Virus record (IMG/VR): IMGVR_UViG_3300006752_000009
Reading direction: 5' to 3' (one strand)
Source: a virus
Lineage: Duplodnaviria; Caudoviricetes
DNA length: 64,000 nucleotides
The translations under genes were made by a program, and so were the position numbers. Positions 53,910-63,357 of the stretch are shown here, one piece after another. The notes under the pieces were generated by a model. The model saw only the letters and a program-made list of their open reading frames with translations, had not been told where the DNA came from and searched no databases. The first letter of the stretch is position 1. Each line of letters opens with the position of its first letter.

Positions 53910-56414
53910 TTACTTTAAGAATCCGAATGAATAGACACCATGCTCAAGGCTAATAGCAAGTTGTTGATGTTTTACTCTTAAGGACTCCCACTTTGCTTTA
54001 AGTGTTGGGTCAGTGTACCACATCTTTTTGTGTTGATAGACACTCGCATCCCAAGCGTTGAGATGGAGATAAATCTCCTTACCTTTCTCAATGACTTTTG
54101 ATGTCTTAGACCTTAACTCAAAGCTCTCAACAAAAAGATCGTTTAGATCGCTCATGATCTCTTGAGCAAGAGGTGAAAGGTTAAGTGAGGGTAAGACATG
54201 GGAAAAGTAAGGGTCGCCATTTTTTGCCCATTCTGATGCGTCTACGAGATCTCCCTCATGGTGGTAGGGGATCGGATTACTCTTAGCATCTCGATAGAGG
54301 CTTCTAGCACTCTTATGCGAACCATAAAGATCAAGAGCTTCTTTACGAGTCAGCCAGAAGAAGTGATTGTGAATGTTATGGTTCTTACCTTTGTATTCAA
54401 CACCCCTCATAGCAGTCATGTTATTCTTATTATCAAGGAGGGCGTAAATGTGGCAATCATCAACCCATTGTCTATAACCTTCTTTCTCAGTCTGAGGAAC
54501 TAGATACTCATCATTATGGGTGATCCATGTGTCTTTACTTAATTTACGAGCAGAGTAAAGAGATATAGATCTTCTCCACCCCTCTCCTACTAAGACTGAA
54601 ATGCCATGAGCATTAGAGAATGTAGTTGAAAAAAGTCCTGTCATTTGACTAGAGTTTTGAAGACTATTACCTCCACTAAGCATATAGCAGATACCCTCTT
54701 TGGCTCTATTACCACATCCTTTTTGTGCTATGGATAGTCCAGACTTCATCTGTGGCAGATCAAAGTTCTTCAACCCCTTAACTGGTTCTCGTACCCATTC
54801 AGAAGCCTTTCTTTTATCTGATGAATACAGGTATTTCTCCCCAAGAGAAACAACTGTCTCCCCTACAGTATCTTTCAGAGTGAATTGTAGGCTTTGATTA
54901 GATTCCGTAGTACCCTCATTCCAAAGAGTAAAACTAATAGCCCAAGACCCCTTAACATCTGCAAAATGAGATGCTTGTAGCATAAATCCTCTAGCATAAG
55001 AATAACGAGCATACCAAAAAGGGCGAAACTTAGCGTAAGAACCACTCACCATATAAAGAATGGGTGAGAACACACCCACGCTCTTTTGCTTGAAATCGTA
55101 CTCCGAAGCTACCTGCTCACATTGATAGAGAAACTGAGCATACAATTGTTGAGAACAAGCCCCTAACTTAGAACCTTTCATTGCTTGATTTACAGTCGTT
55201 CTCGCTACTCCCTTTCGGGAACTCGATCCTTTTATACAAGATGTAGCATAAGGAGGGTTGACAAGAAAAACTAATCGCTTCCCACTCTCTGCACCCTCTT
55301 TTAAGAGTTTCTTAACTGAAAGTGGAAGCACATTGTCTGTGCCTTCAAAGAATGGACTATCCGATTCGGGATTCAGAAAGTCATACTGAAAGACCTCTGC
55401 TCCATTATTGTAATCTTCTCTTTTCATTGCCTTTACATCTGATTCTTCAGCAGTGGATAAGATCAGATCCTTAAAGTCATAGTCTCTAGTTAAGTTACCT
55501 GTACCTGCACAACAATCCCATACGATACAGTCATCTCTCCAGTTTGATCCTAGAGCCTCTTCGATAGATTTATGAGCTTCATCTACCCATAAAGTAGGTG
55601 TATAGAACGCACCTTGCCTCCTGCGTGTGTCATCTTCAATAATGCGATCTCTCATTGATAATAACTTATCAATGTCTTTTGCAGATAAACCACGCTCTCT
55701 ACGCTCAAAGAATGCCCTCATAGAAGAAAGTTTTAAGGTGTACTCTTTACCTCCCAAGATGATGGTGTCTTTCTTTGAAGGATGTTCATAAGCATAGTTG
55801 CCATCTTCCTCAGAGTAAAACACACACCCAAAGAAAAGGTCTATCATCTCTACAGGCTGATAACGATCTTTAGGGAAGATATGATCAACCCAATACTGAT
55901 ACATCGCACTGATGTTCTTCTCCGAAGGCTTTACCTTAATAATAGCCCCCTCAGATAGTTGCTCACAAAGTTGTTTGAGCTTCTTCCCATCTACTTCAAA
56001 AACAGACTCAAGATGCACATCAACAGATACCTTTAGATCGGGATCGGGTGAACTAGGCCGCCTCCCCCAATCTATGTTAGCGTCTAAGAAACTTTTGATA
56101 GACTCAAAACTCACCACAAAGCAAAACTTTTCATCTCCAATGAAAATGACGCTAGGTAGATCATGCCCATTTTCTTCAAACCTCTTGCAGTAATAGAGAG
56201 CTTGAGCAAGAACACTTGATCGAGCAGTTTCAATCGTTAAGTCTGTGCCATACTTAGCCTCAAGTAAAACCCTTACAGGTGTCTTACTTGGTGTTTCCCA
56301 ATCTAAAACACCATCCGTAGCCCAATTTTGACCAGAGATTGTTGTGAAGCTATCTCCGACCTCTTTTTCAAGAATGCCTCTTAGGAACGCATTTACATCT
56401 TGTTCTTTTCTCAT
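53910..56414 (-). CDS. fused restriction endonuclease-N6-adenine methyltransferase (Type IIG-like)
   Basis: N-terminal D...LLEAK...AQALYY nuclease-like motif; WDCCAGTGNL (motif I); VNPPY (motif IV); long C-terminal specificity region. Confidence 0.75.
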   Translation of the reverse strand: MRKEQDVNAFLRGILEKEVGDSFTTISGQNWATDGVLDWETPSKTPVRVLLEAKYGTDLTIETARSSVLAQALYYCKRFEENGHDLPSVIFIGDEKFCFVVSFESIKSFLDANIDWGRRPSSPDPDLKVSVDVHLESVFEVDGKKLKQLCEQLSEGAIIKVKPSEKNISAMYQYWVDHIFPKDRYQPVEMIDLFFGCVFYSEEDGNYAYEHPSKKDTIILGGKEYTLKLSSMRAFFERRERGLSAKDIDKLLSMRDRIIEDDTRRRQGAFYTPTLWVDEAHKSIEEALGSNWRDDCIVWDCCAGTGNLTRDYDFKDLILSTAEESDVKAMKREDYNNGAEVFQYDFLNPESDSPFFEGTDNVLPLSVKKLLKEGAESGKRLVFLVNPPYATSCIKGSSSRKGVARTTVNQAMKGSKLGACSQQLYAQFLYQCEQVASEYDFKQKSVGVFSPILYMVSGSYAKFRPFWYARYSYARGFMLQASHFADVKGSWAISFTLWNEGTTESNQSLQFTLKDTVGETVVSLGEKYLYSSDKRKASEWVREPVKGLKNFDLPQMKSGLSIAQKGCGNRAKEGICYMLSGGNSLQNSSQMTGLFSTTFSNAHGISVLVGEGWRRSISLYSARKLSKDTWITHNDEYLVPQTEKEGYRQWVDDCHIYALLDNKNNMTAMRGVEYKGKNHNIHNHFFWLTRKEALDLYGSHKSARSLYRDAKSNPIPYHHEGDLVDASEWAKNGDPYFSHVLPSLNLSPLAQEIMSDLNDLFVESFELRSKTSKVIEKGKEIYLHLNAWDASVYQHKKMWYTDPTLKAKWESLRVKHQQLAISLEHGVYSFGFLK

Positions 56415-56463
56415 CTTGCTTTTCCTTATATCTCGTAATCATACCCTGTCGGTCTTTATATGA

Positions 56464-57804
56464 TTACGAAAGGAAACTCTGCACACCCTCAATCACAGAC
56501 TCCTCGTCTGAACGAATCTCCCCCTCCCAAATCACAAGGCAATCAAGCCCGACCTCTGCATAAGCCTCTATCGTATTACGCTCATGCTCCTCTTTACTCA
56601 TCCCCGTCTTAGACTCACCATGCCAATAATCGCCAAAACACTCCACCACCTTTGTAGCACCCCTATAAGGATGTTCGGGATCATCACTCACACAAACTAC
56701 AAAGTCTGGGTTCTTATAGCCACCAATCGAACCGTCAAAGTTCTTCTTGCTTGGAAGAAATCTCCAATATGCCCCATTACCTGTAAAAGTGAGTTTGTCG
56801 GTATATGTGGCTACCCTTGACTCAAATCCGTTCATGTCATTTGCAACTAGACCCAAGAAAGGTGTGCCATACCTTTCCATGTTGGTTGCGTACTGCTTCT
56901 CTCTAAACTCTTGGAGTTGTAGTGGATGTTCGACACCATAACGCTCAAGGTTGGTTTTCTTGACTTTATCCCAATGATCATCAATAGCACCAGAAAACTC
57001 AACACCATATCTGTCCATCATCGTATCCCTAATCTCCCTCTTGCCTTGCTCGGACGCAAAATAGTGGCTTCCATAGTTCTCGATCATCGTCTTGAGTTGC
57101 TTCTGCCTAAACTCCTCTACAGCACTTGTGTAAGGCACACCATATCTCTCCATGTTAGTCGCTACAATCTTCTCCATTATTTCTTCACTCATACTAGGAA
57201 TAGGCACACCATAACGCTCTATATTTGTTGCCTCAATCTTAGCCCTAATCTCTGGTGATCCCAATAGCGTTCCACCATACCTCTCAAGATTAGTAGCCTC
57301 TGTCTTAGCCTTGACCTCATCATTCTGTTGAGGGTTGACCACACCATATATCTCAAGGTTCGTCTGCTTGATCTTATCCTGTACGCTCTCCCAAGCAAAA
57401 GGATTATCCTTACCCTTTAATATAGGACGCTTACCCTCAAGGGCATCTTGTACCTTTTCAAAGACACTACTCTCTTTTGAAAAAGGGTTTTCAGCACCAT
57501 AACGCTTGAGGTTAGTCTGTTTACGCTTCTCTACCGACTCTTTGTTGTGAGCAGGGTTCTCAACCCCATAACGCTTGAGGTAAGTATTCTTCCTCCTCGC
57601 ATTAGCGATAGCTTTTTTATCCCGACCTTGCCATACCTCACACCCACTCTTATGTCTTTTCATCTGTGTGCTTGATGTAGCTTGATGTCCACAGATACAT
57701 GGTGAGATTGGTTCGGGTTTCCAATCTGGCCAACAAACCTTGCGATGCCGACCACTAATTGTTGCTGTTTTGAACACTCTTTTACAATGAGGGCAAGTAG
57801 CCAT
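56464..57804 (-). mobile_element. free-standing homing endonuclease-like gene: Zn-finger N-terminus, TNLERYG repeats, Vsr/PD-(D/E)xK-type nuclease C-terminus
   Basis: About ten [T/K]N[L/M]ERYGVxxP repeats; NPDF...VECFGDYWH...LVIWE.EI nuclease domain; RBS inside an 11-bp hairpin. Confidence 0.8.
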
Positions 57805-57934
57805 AAGTTAATCCTTTCTGCTTGAGTTGGGATTAACTTACACCACAGCCTACATTAAGTCCAAATGTTTTTTGGGCTTTTACTAACACCAACCCCCCAT
57901 ACTTTCGCTGTTTGAGGGAGGTATTTGAGGGTTC

Positions 57935-58900
57935 TCAGATGACCCCTTGAGCCACATTCAAAAAGCTCGAAATCATCTCGTAACTACCTATAAATAAAGG
58001 CAAAACCAGAAAGTTTCTGGGTGCGAGAACGCCCCGACCAACATGAGGTCCGAAGGCACTCCTTATCCCCACACCATACTTGGGTTGTTTTAATCCACGC
58101 ATATACTTTGTAGTTCTTGCTTTAGCTTCAACAGACATCGACCACATCTGCTCGGCAGAGGATTTGAGTCCTTCATACTTGCCTGACCTGTCAATGTTAA
58201 GAGAAATACCTCCAATGGAGTAATCGAACTCATCAACAATCCAATTTGCTTGTAGAGCCATAGCCGCAAACTGTATTGCACCTTGAAGAATAGGAGTTCT
58301 CCAAGCAGGTTTCTGATTTACGAGTGAATCTAGGTTTTGTAGTTCTTCGGTTTCGGGTGGTTGCATATTCCACCAATCTAAAGCTCTTTCAAGATACTCT
58401 AGGAACTCCTCGTCCTCCCACACTTGACCGAAGACTCTGTTGTACGAACCAATGTTAGCTTCATGCTCTGGTGGTCTAAAGTGATAATACTTGTCTGGAT
58501 TTTGATCTCTAAGGAGCATACGCAACTTGTAGATCATAGACTTCTGACCCTCTGTAAGTTGTAGTCCAAGTACAGCGTTCTCTGCGACTACCCCAAACTC
58601 TTGAACGACAGTTTGGGGTTGGCTGTTGACTAGCTCTTTGAGAGTCCATCTGATCCGATAGCGACCATAGGTAGCTGTGGTAGGTATACGAACAGAGGCA
58701 TAGTATTCACCGACCGATGGGTTTTCGGGTATGCGAGCAGGATCACCGATGAGTACATCAGTTTCGGGTGGACCAGGATCGACATAATATAGTGCGTAAG
58801 TGATCTCAGCGGCGTTTGCGACATTTCCATTTGAGTTTGTGAGGAAGATGTCAAGATCGCCACGAGAGAGGATCTGATTTCTTTTAAATGCTACAGCCAT
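57935..58900 (-). CDS. probable head-tail connector/neck structural protein
   Basis: AAGGAGG RBS; class A-like box at 58932-58943; Ig-like N-terminus and a helical adaptor-like C-terminus with F.YSIGGISL.IDRS..Y (from memory of large-phage neck proteins). Confidence 0.5.
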   Translation of the reverse strand: MAVAFKRNQILSRGDLDIFLTNSNGNVANAAEITYALYYVDPGPPETDVLIGDPARIPENPSVGEYYASVRIPTTATYGRYRIRWTLKELVNSQPQTVVQEFGVVAENAVLGLQLTEGQKSMIYKLRMLLRDQNPDKYYHFRPPEHEANIGSYNRVFGQVWEDEEFLEYLERALDWWNMQPPETEELQNLDSLVNQKPAWRTPILQGAIQFAAMALQANWIVDEFDYSIGGISLNIDRSGKYEGLKSSAEQMWSMSVEAKARTTKYMRGLKQPKYGVGIRSAFGPHVGRGVLAPRNFLVLPLFIGSYEMISSFLNVAQGVI

Positions 58901-58987
58901 AGTGTGAGCCTCCTTTATATAGAGTGGGGATATAAACGACTTAATACTTTTTTTATACTCATGTAGGTAAACGAAGGAGAATGACTT

Positions 58988-60367
58988 ATGAAAATACTTG
59001 TAGGAGGAGATGTCAGCTTTGGGAGAATCTATGAAGGTCAGAGGATTTCTTATTCAGCACCTTTGTGTTTAGCTTCCATAGGTGAGTTAGAGCGAGATTA
59101 TTGTATCTTTAACCTTGAGAGCCTTTTTTGCGATGATTGGAAAGCAAATAAAAGGGATGTGGATGATAAGTGGGGTACGAGTTACACTCATGCTAATCCA
59201 GAAGATGTGAAGCATCTCATTGAGTGTGATGTAGATCATGTTTCCCTAGCTAACAACCACACACTTGATTGGGGCGATGTAGGGGTCGAACAGACCTGTA
59301 AAGTCCTCAACGAGTTTGGTATTTCACATTCGGGGTGTGGTTCTGATGATAGGACGCATATAGATAAAGAGAAGAAATTAATTGTATTTTCGATAGATAC
59401 GGTTGAGTGCCACTACAAAAAAGAAGATCCATTAAACTGCAAAGAGGACATTAAAGACTTCTTTAAAGAGGTTAAAGAGTTTAGAGCAAAGTATGATGAC
59501 TACCTTCTGATCTGTTGTGTTCATTGGGGTCGATTTAGGGTGAGTCCGAACAAAGGTCAGAAATCTATGGGTCGGAAGCTCATCGACTGTGGCATTGATG
59601 TTGTTTTAGGTAATCACTCACATAAGGTTCAATACTTCGAGATGTATAAGGGTAGACCTTTATTTTACTCGTTAGGGAACTTGTACTTTACTCACAGAAA
59701 TCCCGAATATAATAAACTCCCAAATGTTCATTACGCTTACCTTTCAACTCTTATCTTTGAGGGGCGAGACTTTAAGGGTGTAGATCACCATCAAACTTGG
59801 TGTGATGATAAAAAGGTGATTCTTAAAGATGAGAAGGCTTCTCATCTTGGTTTAGAAGCGTTGAGATTTGCTCGGAGCTATATTGGATTCGGTGAGTCAG
59901 AGCATACAACTAATGTTGGTTGGTTTATGAAGCACATAGACGCTCCCAATGTAGAGACAGCGGCCTGGTGTGCAAGGTTTGTATTTTTCTGTATCAAGAA
60001 AGCCTGTGAGGAGAATGGCATTGATCCTGTTTTGAAGAAGAATGAAGGAACAGGATACGCTAAAGAGATTTATAAGCAGATTGCAGAGATCGGGTATGTG
60101 TCTTTAAACCCGATGGCAGGAGACATTATTGTTTGGGATAGGAAAGAGGAAGGAAACAAGAATGGACACATTGGGATAATAGAGTATGTAGAGGGAGATA
60201 AGATCACAGTGATTGAAGGAAATAGAGCACCAAATCCTGGTTCAAAGGTTGATCGCTTTACTTACTCTTTGAATGATCTTTTAAACTACAAAAATTGGGA
60301 CACAAGCGATCCACACTTCCATCTCTTTGAAGGGTTTGCTCGGTTGCCTCATATAAAGGGTTTCTAG
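58988..60367 (+). CDS. CapA/PGA_cap metallophosphoesterase-fold domain fused to a CHAP amidase domain
   Basis: GDVSFGR, NLES, LANNH, HWG, GNHSH, YSLGN (CapA); AWCA.FV, GDI.V, GHIGI, IEGN (CHAP). Confidence 0.85.
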   Translation: MKILVGGDVSFGRIYEGQRISYSAPLCLASIGELERDYCIFNLESLFCDDWKANKRDVDDKWGTSYTHANPEDVKHLIECDVDHVSLANNHTLDWGDVGVEQTCKVLNEFGISHSGCGSDDRTHIDKEKKLIVFSIDTVECHYKKEDPLNCKEDIKDFFKEVKEFRAKYDDYLLICCVHWGRFRVSPNKGQKSMGRKLIDCGIDVVLGNHSHKVQYFEMYKGRPLFYSLGNLYFTHRNPEYNKLPNVHYAYLSTLIFEGRDFKGVDHHQTWCDDKKVILKDEKASHLGLEALRFARSYIGFGESEHTTNVGWFMKHIDAPNVETAAWCARFVFFCIKKACEENGIDPVLKKNEGTGYAKEIYKQIAEIGYVSLNPMAGDIIVWDRKEEGNKNGHIGIIEYVEGDKITVIEGNRAPNPGSKVDRFTYSLNDLLNYKNWDTSDPHFHLFEGFARLPHIKGF

Positions 60368-60476
60368 TATGTGGCTTTTGCCCTTAATAATAGCTTTGAC
60401 CTTTTTCTTACCTGTTCCTGTGGAAGATCCAGACGATAAAAGGGAGCGTTGGTATAACAAGTATTAAGGAGTTTAT

Positions 60477-60704
60477 ATGAGTAAAAAGCAAAAGTTTGAG
60501 AAAGTAGACCACCCCGACCATTATCAAGCAACGGGGATGGAAGCGATTGATGTGATCGAGGCTTATAACCTCAACTTTTCGCTCGGATCAGCGATTAAGT
60601 ATATTTTACGAGCAGGTAAAAAGCCTGGTGAGAGTTCTATTGAGGATCTCAATAAAGCGATTTGGTATCTTCAACGAGAGGTAGAGAGAAACGCAGAGGG
60701 ATGA
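60477..60704 (+). CDS. DUF3310-like small phage protein
   Basis: VDHPDHY...EAIDVI...NF.LG.AIKY..RAG.K...EDL.KA.WYL. Confidence 0.85.
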   Translation: MSKKQKFEKVDHPDHYQATGMEAIDVIEAYNLNFSLGSAIKYILRAGKKPGESSIEDLNKAIWYLQREVERNAEG

Positions 60705-60753
60705 TTTCATATAAGGGGTTATTATCTGACCTCTTTTTATGAAAGGACTGCTC

Positions 60754-61206
60754 ATGTCTAATATGGAGACATCTCGTGAAGCACTTGAGTCTATTGAGCC
60801 TCAAATCACAAACATAACAGATCGGGTCTACCGACACATACTCTCTAAAGGCGAACAAGGTATTACAGACGATGAAGGATTTAGATCTTTGGGTATGAAT
60901 CCAAACACATATCGCCCTTGTCGTATCAACCTTATGGATAAGGGTCTTGTCCTTAATACCAATACAAAGGGCATTACCGATTCTGGTCGTAAAGCATGGA
61001 GATGGAGGGCTGTTCCTGCATCAGAAGCTATTCCACCAAAGCGTGTTAAGAAGAGGCAAAGAAAGACGCTACCCTCAGTTGATCCTATACCTTTACCCGA
61101 AGGATATAACATCAGTCTTAGAGATGCGAGGGATCGTATGTTAGCTAAATTAAATGAGGTAGATGAGTGTCGTTGTCCATGTTGTGGAGTGAGCGTCACC
61201 AAATAA
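60754..61206 (+). CDS. putative winged-helix DNA-binding protein
   Basis: GITD.E....L.M..NT...C...L...GLV pattern; start placed at 60754 after AAAGGA. Confidence 0.55.
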   Translation: MSNMETSREALESIEPQITNITDRVYRHILSKGEQGITDDEGFRSLGMNPNTYRPCRINLMDKGLVLNTNTKGITDSGRKAWRWRAVPASEAIPPKRVKKRQRKTLPSVDPIPLPEGYNISLRDARDRMLAKLNEVDECRCPCCGVSVTK

Positions 61207-61215
61207 GGATCACAA

Positions 61216-61389
61216 ATGAACCATAAGCTCTATTGTTCTTTAGTTAGCCTCGCCTGTTTTTTCTACGCTAGGTATCTGAACTCTTTACCTAAAAAAGATC
61301 TCACAGAAGATGAGCTTAGGGGTAGGGTGAATGACATTACATTCTATTCCCTGTTTGGGGTCACTGCTTTGTTAATGAGCTACTTTTAA
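61216..61389 (+). CDS. small two-TM membrane protein (57 aa), not in the ORF track
   Basis: AAGGA RBS; hydrophobic segments CSLVSLACFFYARYL and FYSLFGVTALLMSYF. Confidence 0.45.
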   Translation: MNHKLYCSLVSLACFFYARYLNSLPKKDLTEDELRGRVNDITFYSLFGVTALLMSYF

Positions 61390-62129
61390 GGTAGGGGTGG
61401 GATCTTGCCATGCTTCACAAAGTTAGCGTGAGCTAGGGGCCAGAGCTTTTGGATTTGCCTAGAAATCTCACGAGCGAGTAGTTTAATCTCCCACTGAGCA
61501 TCGGGATGATCTCGCTTTGCGATGAAGCTATTGATCCAGTTATGTAGAGAACCTGTAGCCCAATAAGTGGTATAAAGGTTCTGTGGGAGAACCATACGAG
61601 CTTGATCCCTTGCTACCCCTTTTTCGACTAACTCATTGTAGAGTCGGATAGAGTCTGTAGCGTGGCTCTTGATGGCAGATACTGCATCGAGTTTGATGTG
61701 TTTAGGGAAGTCAGTTGGGTCGAACTCAACTACGGGGTTGAAAGTATCATCAAGACTAGCTTGTCGGTTCTTGGTGTCCTGCTTACGCATTTCGCTTGGG
61801 AAATAAAACTCAATGTCAGAGCTTGTGTATCTTCGAGAAATCTCATTGTAAGAGAATGTCCTGTGCCTCATCTGCTGTCTAGCTACGAACAGAGGTGCTT
61901 TGATCCAAAATGATACGACATTGTGTTCTGTGGTAGAGGTATGTCCTTCTTTGATGAGGAAGTTGCAGAGTCGTTCCTCTCGCTCTCCCATCTCAGTGCT
62001 GACTTGCCCTAGACTCGCTCTAGCACTGTTGACGATAGTAAGGTCATCGCCCATAGCTTGAATGAGGGCTACCCCTCCGATACCATCCTCATAAATACTG
62101 ACCATCTCAGATCTAAAGTCATTCGTCAT
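61386..62129 (-). CDS. thyX: flavin-dependent thymidylate synthase
   Basis: FVARQQMRHRTFSYNEISRRY ThyX motif; ARMVLP; AQWEI. Confidence 0.96.
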   Translation of the reverse strand: MTNDFRSEMVSIYEDGIGGVALIQAMGDDLTIVNSARASLGQVSTEMGEREERLCNFLIKEGHTSTTEHNVVSFWIKAPLFVARQQMRHRTFSYNEISRRYTSSDIEFYFPSEMRKQDTKNRQASLDDTFNPVVEFDPTDFPKHIKLDAVSAIKSHATDSIRLYNELVEKGVARDQARMVLPQNLYTTYWATGSLHNWINSFIAKRDHPDAQWEIKLLAREISRQIQKLWPLAHANFVKHGKIPPLP

Positions 62130-62200
62130 AAGTCCACGATCCTTTCGCTATTTGTGGTATTCTTATCTATACCGACAGACCATAAAAAGGAAAGTGAATA

Positions 62201-62380
62201 ATGCCTTGTTTTTATCCAGACTTAGACAAACGAAATATAGATCTTAAATGTAAAAGATGTAAGTCGCCTTTGCCTTTAAAGGGAGACTTTGCTATTTGCC
62301 AAGAGAGTGGGTTTACAGTTCCTTGTTTGTCTCGTTGTAATCGAACACATCAGAAGGAAACGCAGGTTGAGTCGGTTTGA
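62201..62380 (+). CDS. small Cys-rich protein (59 aa), not in the ORF track
   Basis: AAGGAAAG RBS; CKRC...C...C; overlaps the 3' end of the opposite ORF. Confidence 0.3.
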   Translation: MPCFYPDLDKRNIDLKCKRCKSPLPLKGDFAICQESGFTVPCLSRCNRTHQKETQVESV

Positions 62381-62570
62381 GGATGCTCTTGACAGCCGAC
62401 AGTCTTTTTTCATAGAGCTTCTTGAACTGAACCTTTGATAGAGGTACAGGTGTCTTCCTCTCACAATCAGTTGGAGAACATTCAATGCAAATGTTTTCTT
62501 TAAAATCTTGAACCAAGTAGTACAATCTGCAAGACGCACAACGCTCATAACCAAACATATATAACTCCAA
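62313..62570 (-). CDS. small Zn-ribbon protein
   Basis: CASC...CIEC; start probably MFG. Confidence 0.5.
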   Translation of the reverse strand: MELYMFGYERCASCRLYYLVQDFKENICIECSPTDCERKTPVPLSKVQFKKLYEKRLSAVKSILKPTQPAFPSDVFDYNETNKEL

Positions 62571-62577
62571 AGGACAA

Positions 62578-63159
62578 ATGATGCGAAGAGATGGAACAGG
62601 GAAGTGTCCTGTAAAGTGGTATATAGATGATCTAGGGAAAAAGAGGTGGGTGTGCTTTGTCCACCTTGCCCCTTACACAAAACATATTGAAACATCGGAG
62701 CAGTGTTGGTACACAAACTGTCCAGGTAGGAGCATGGTCGGATACCCTTTGACCGACCAAGAGATTGAGGATCAAAAAGCAGAGCAAGCCCGAAAGACCA
62801 TCAAAGAGGTCGAAGAGGTCATTCAGATTGATGACCTTAAGAAATCGACTAAGGAGTGTGCTAACTATGGATGCACAAACGAGGTCGCTTTAGGACGCAA
62901 GAGGTACTGTTCGGACAAATGTCGTATGCAAAAGGCTCGTGCTGACTATGAGGCACGAAACCCTAAGCGAACTCGCAAAGTGAAGACATCAGAGAAGAAG
63001 CAAACTCCGATCACTCCACCCCGACCTGTTGCACCAGAGCCGAGTAATATATGTACCTCGATCACTTGCTCGAACGAAGTACCTAAGAACCGAAAGGCTT
63101 ATTGCTCAGATCCATGTAGGAAGAGAGCATATGTGCAGAGGAAGAGAGGACTACTTTAA
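62578..63159 (+). CDS. Cys-rich protein with two C4 finger repeats (C...C......R..YCSD.CR)
   Basis: CANYGCTN...RKRYCSDKCR and CTSITCSN...RKAYCSDPCR. Confidence 0.7.
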   Translation: MMRRDGTGKCPVKWYIDDLGKKRWVCFVHLAPYTKHIETSEQCWYTNCPGRSMVGYPLTDQEIEDQKAEQARKTIKEVEEVIQIDDLKKSTKECANYGCTNEVALGRKRYCSDKCRMQKARADYEARNPKRTRKVKTSEKKQTPITPPRPVAPEPSNICTSITCSNEVPKNRKAYCSDPCRKRAYVQRKRGLL

Positions 63160-63357
63160 CCAAGGTTTGGGTCTTTGAGACTCATCTCCCCTCTTATATG
63201 CTTTATATGCTTCTATAAAGTAAACTGAATAGATGAAGACGGTACAAGTGATAGCAATAACTGTCATTTTAAGCTCCTTTGATGTATTTAAGGGAGCGTA
63301 TATACCACTGACAGTACCCCCTAGCAAAAAAAAAGTTAGGTTTGAACTATGCTTCAT
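63151..63357 (-). CDS. small membrane protein
   Basis: Hydrophobic segments; start uncertain. Confidence 0.35.
   Translation of the reverse strand: MKHSSNLTFFLLGGTVSGIYAPLNTSKELKMTVIAITCTVFIYSVYFIEAYKAYKRGDESQRPKPWLK

Noticed and set aside
56464-57990. 3'-end duplication between the neck-like gene and the second endonuclease, like the nrdB case
   Set aside because: Only an FL dipeptide is shared (PRNFL versus QSFLS) and there is no nucleotide repeat
61216-61389. Holin call for the small two-TM protein near the CHAP fusion
   Set aside because: It is separated from the CHAP gene by two unrelated genes and has no holin-specific feature; kept as a generic membrane protein
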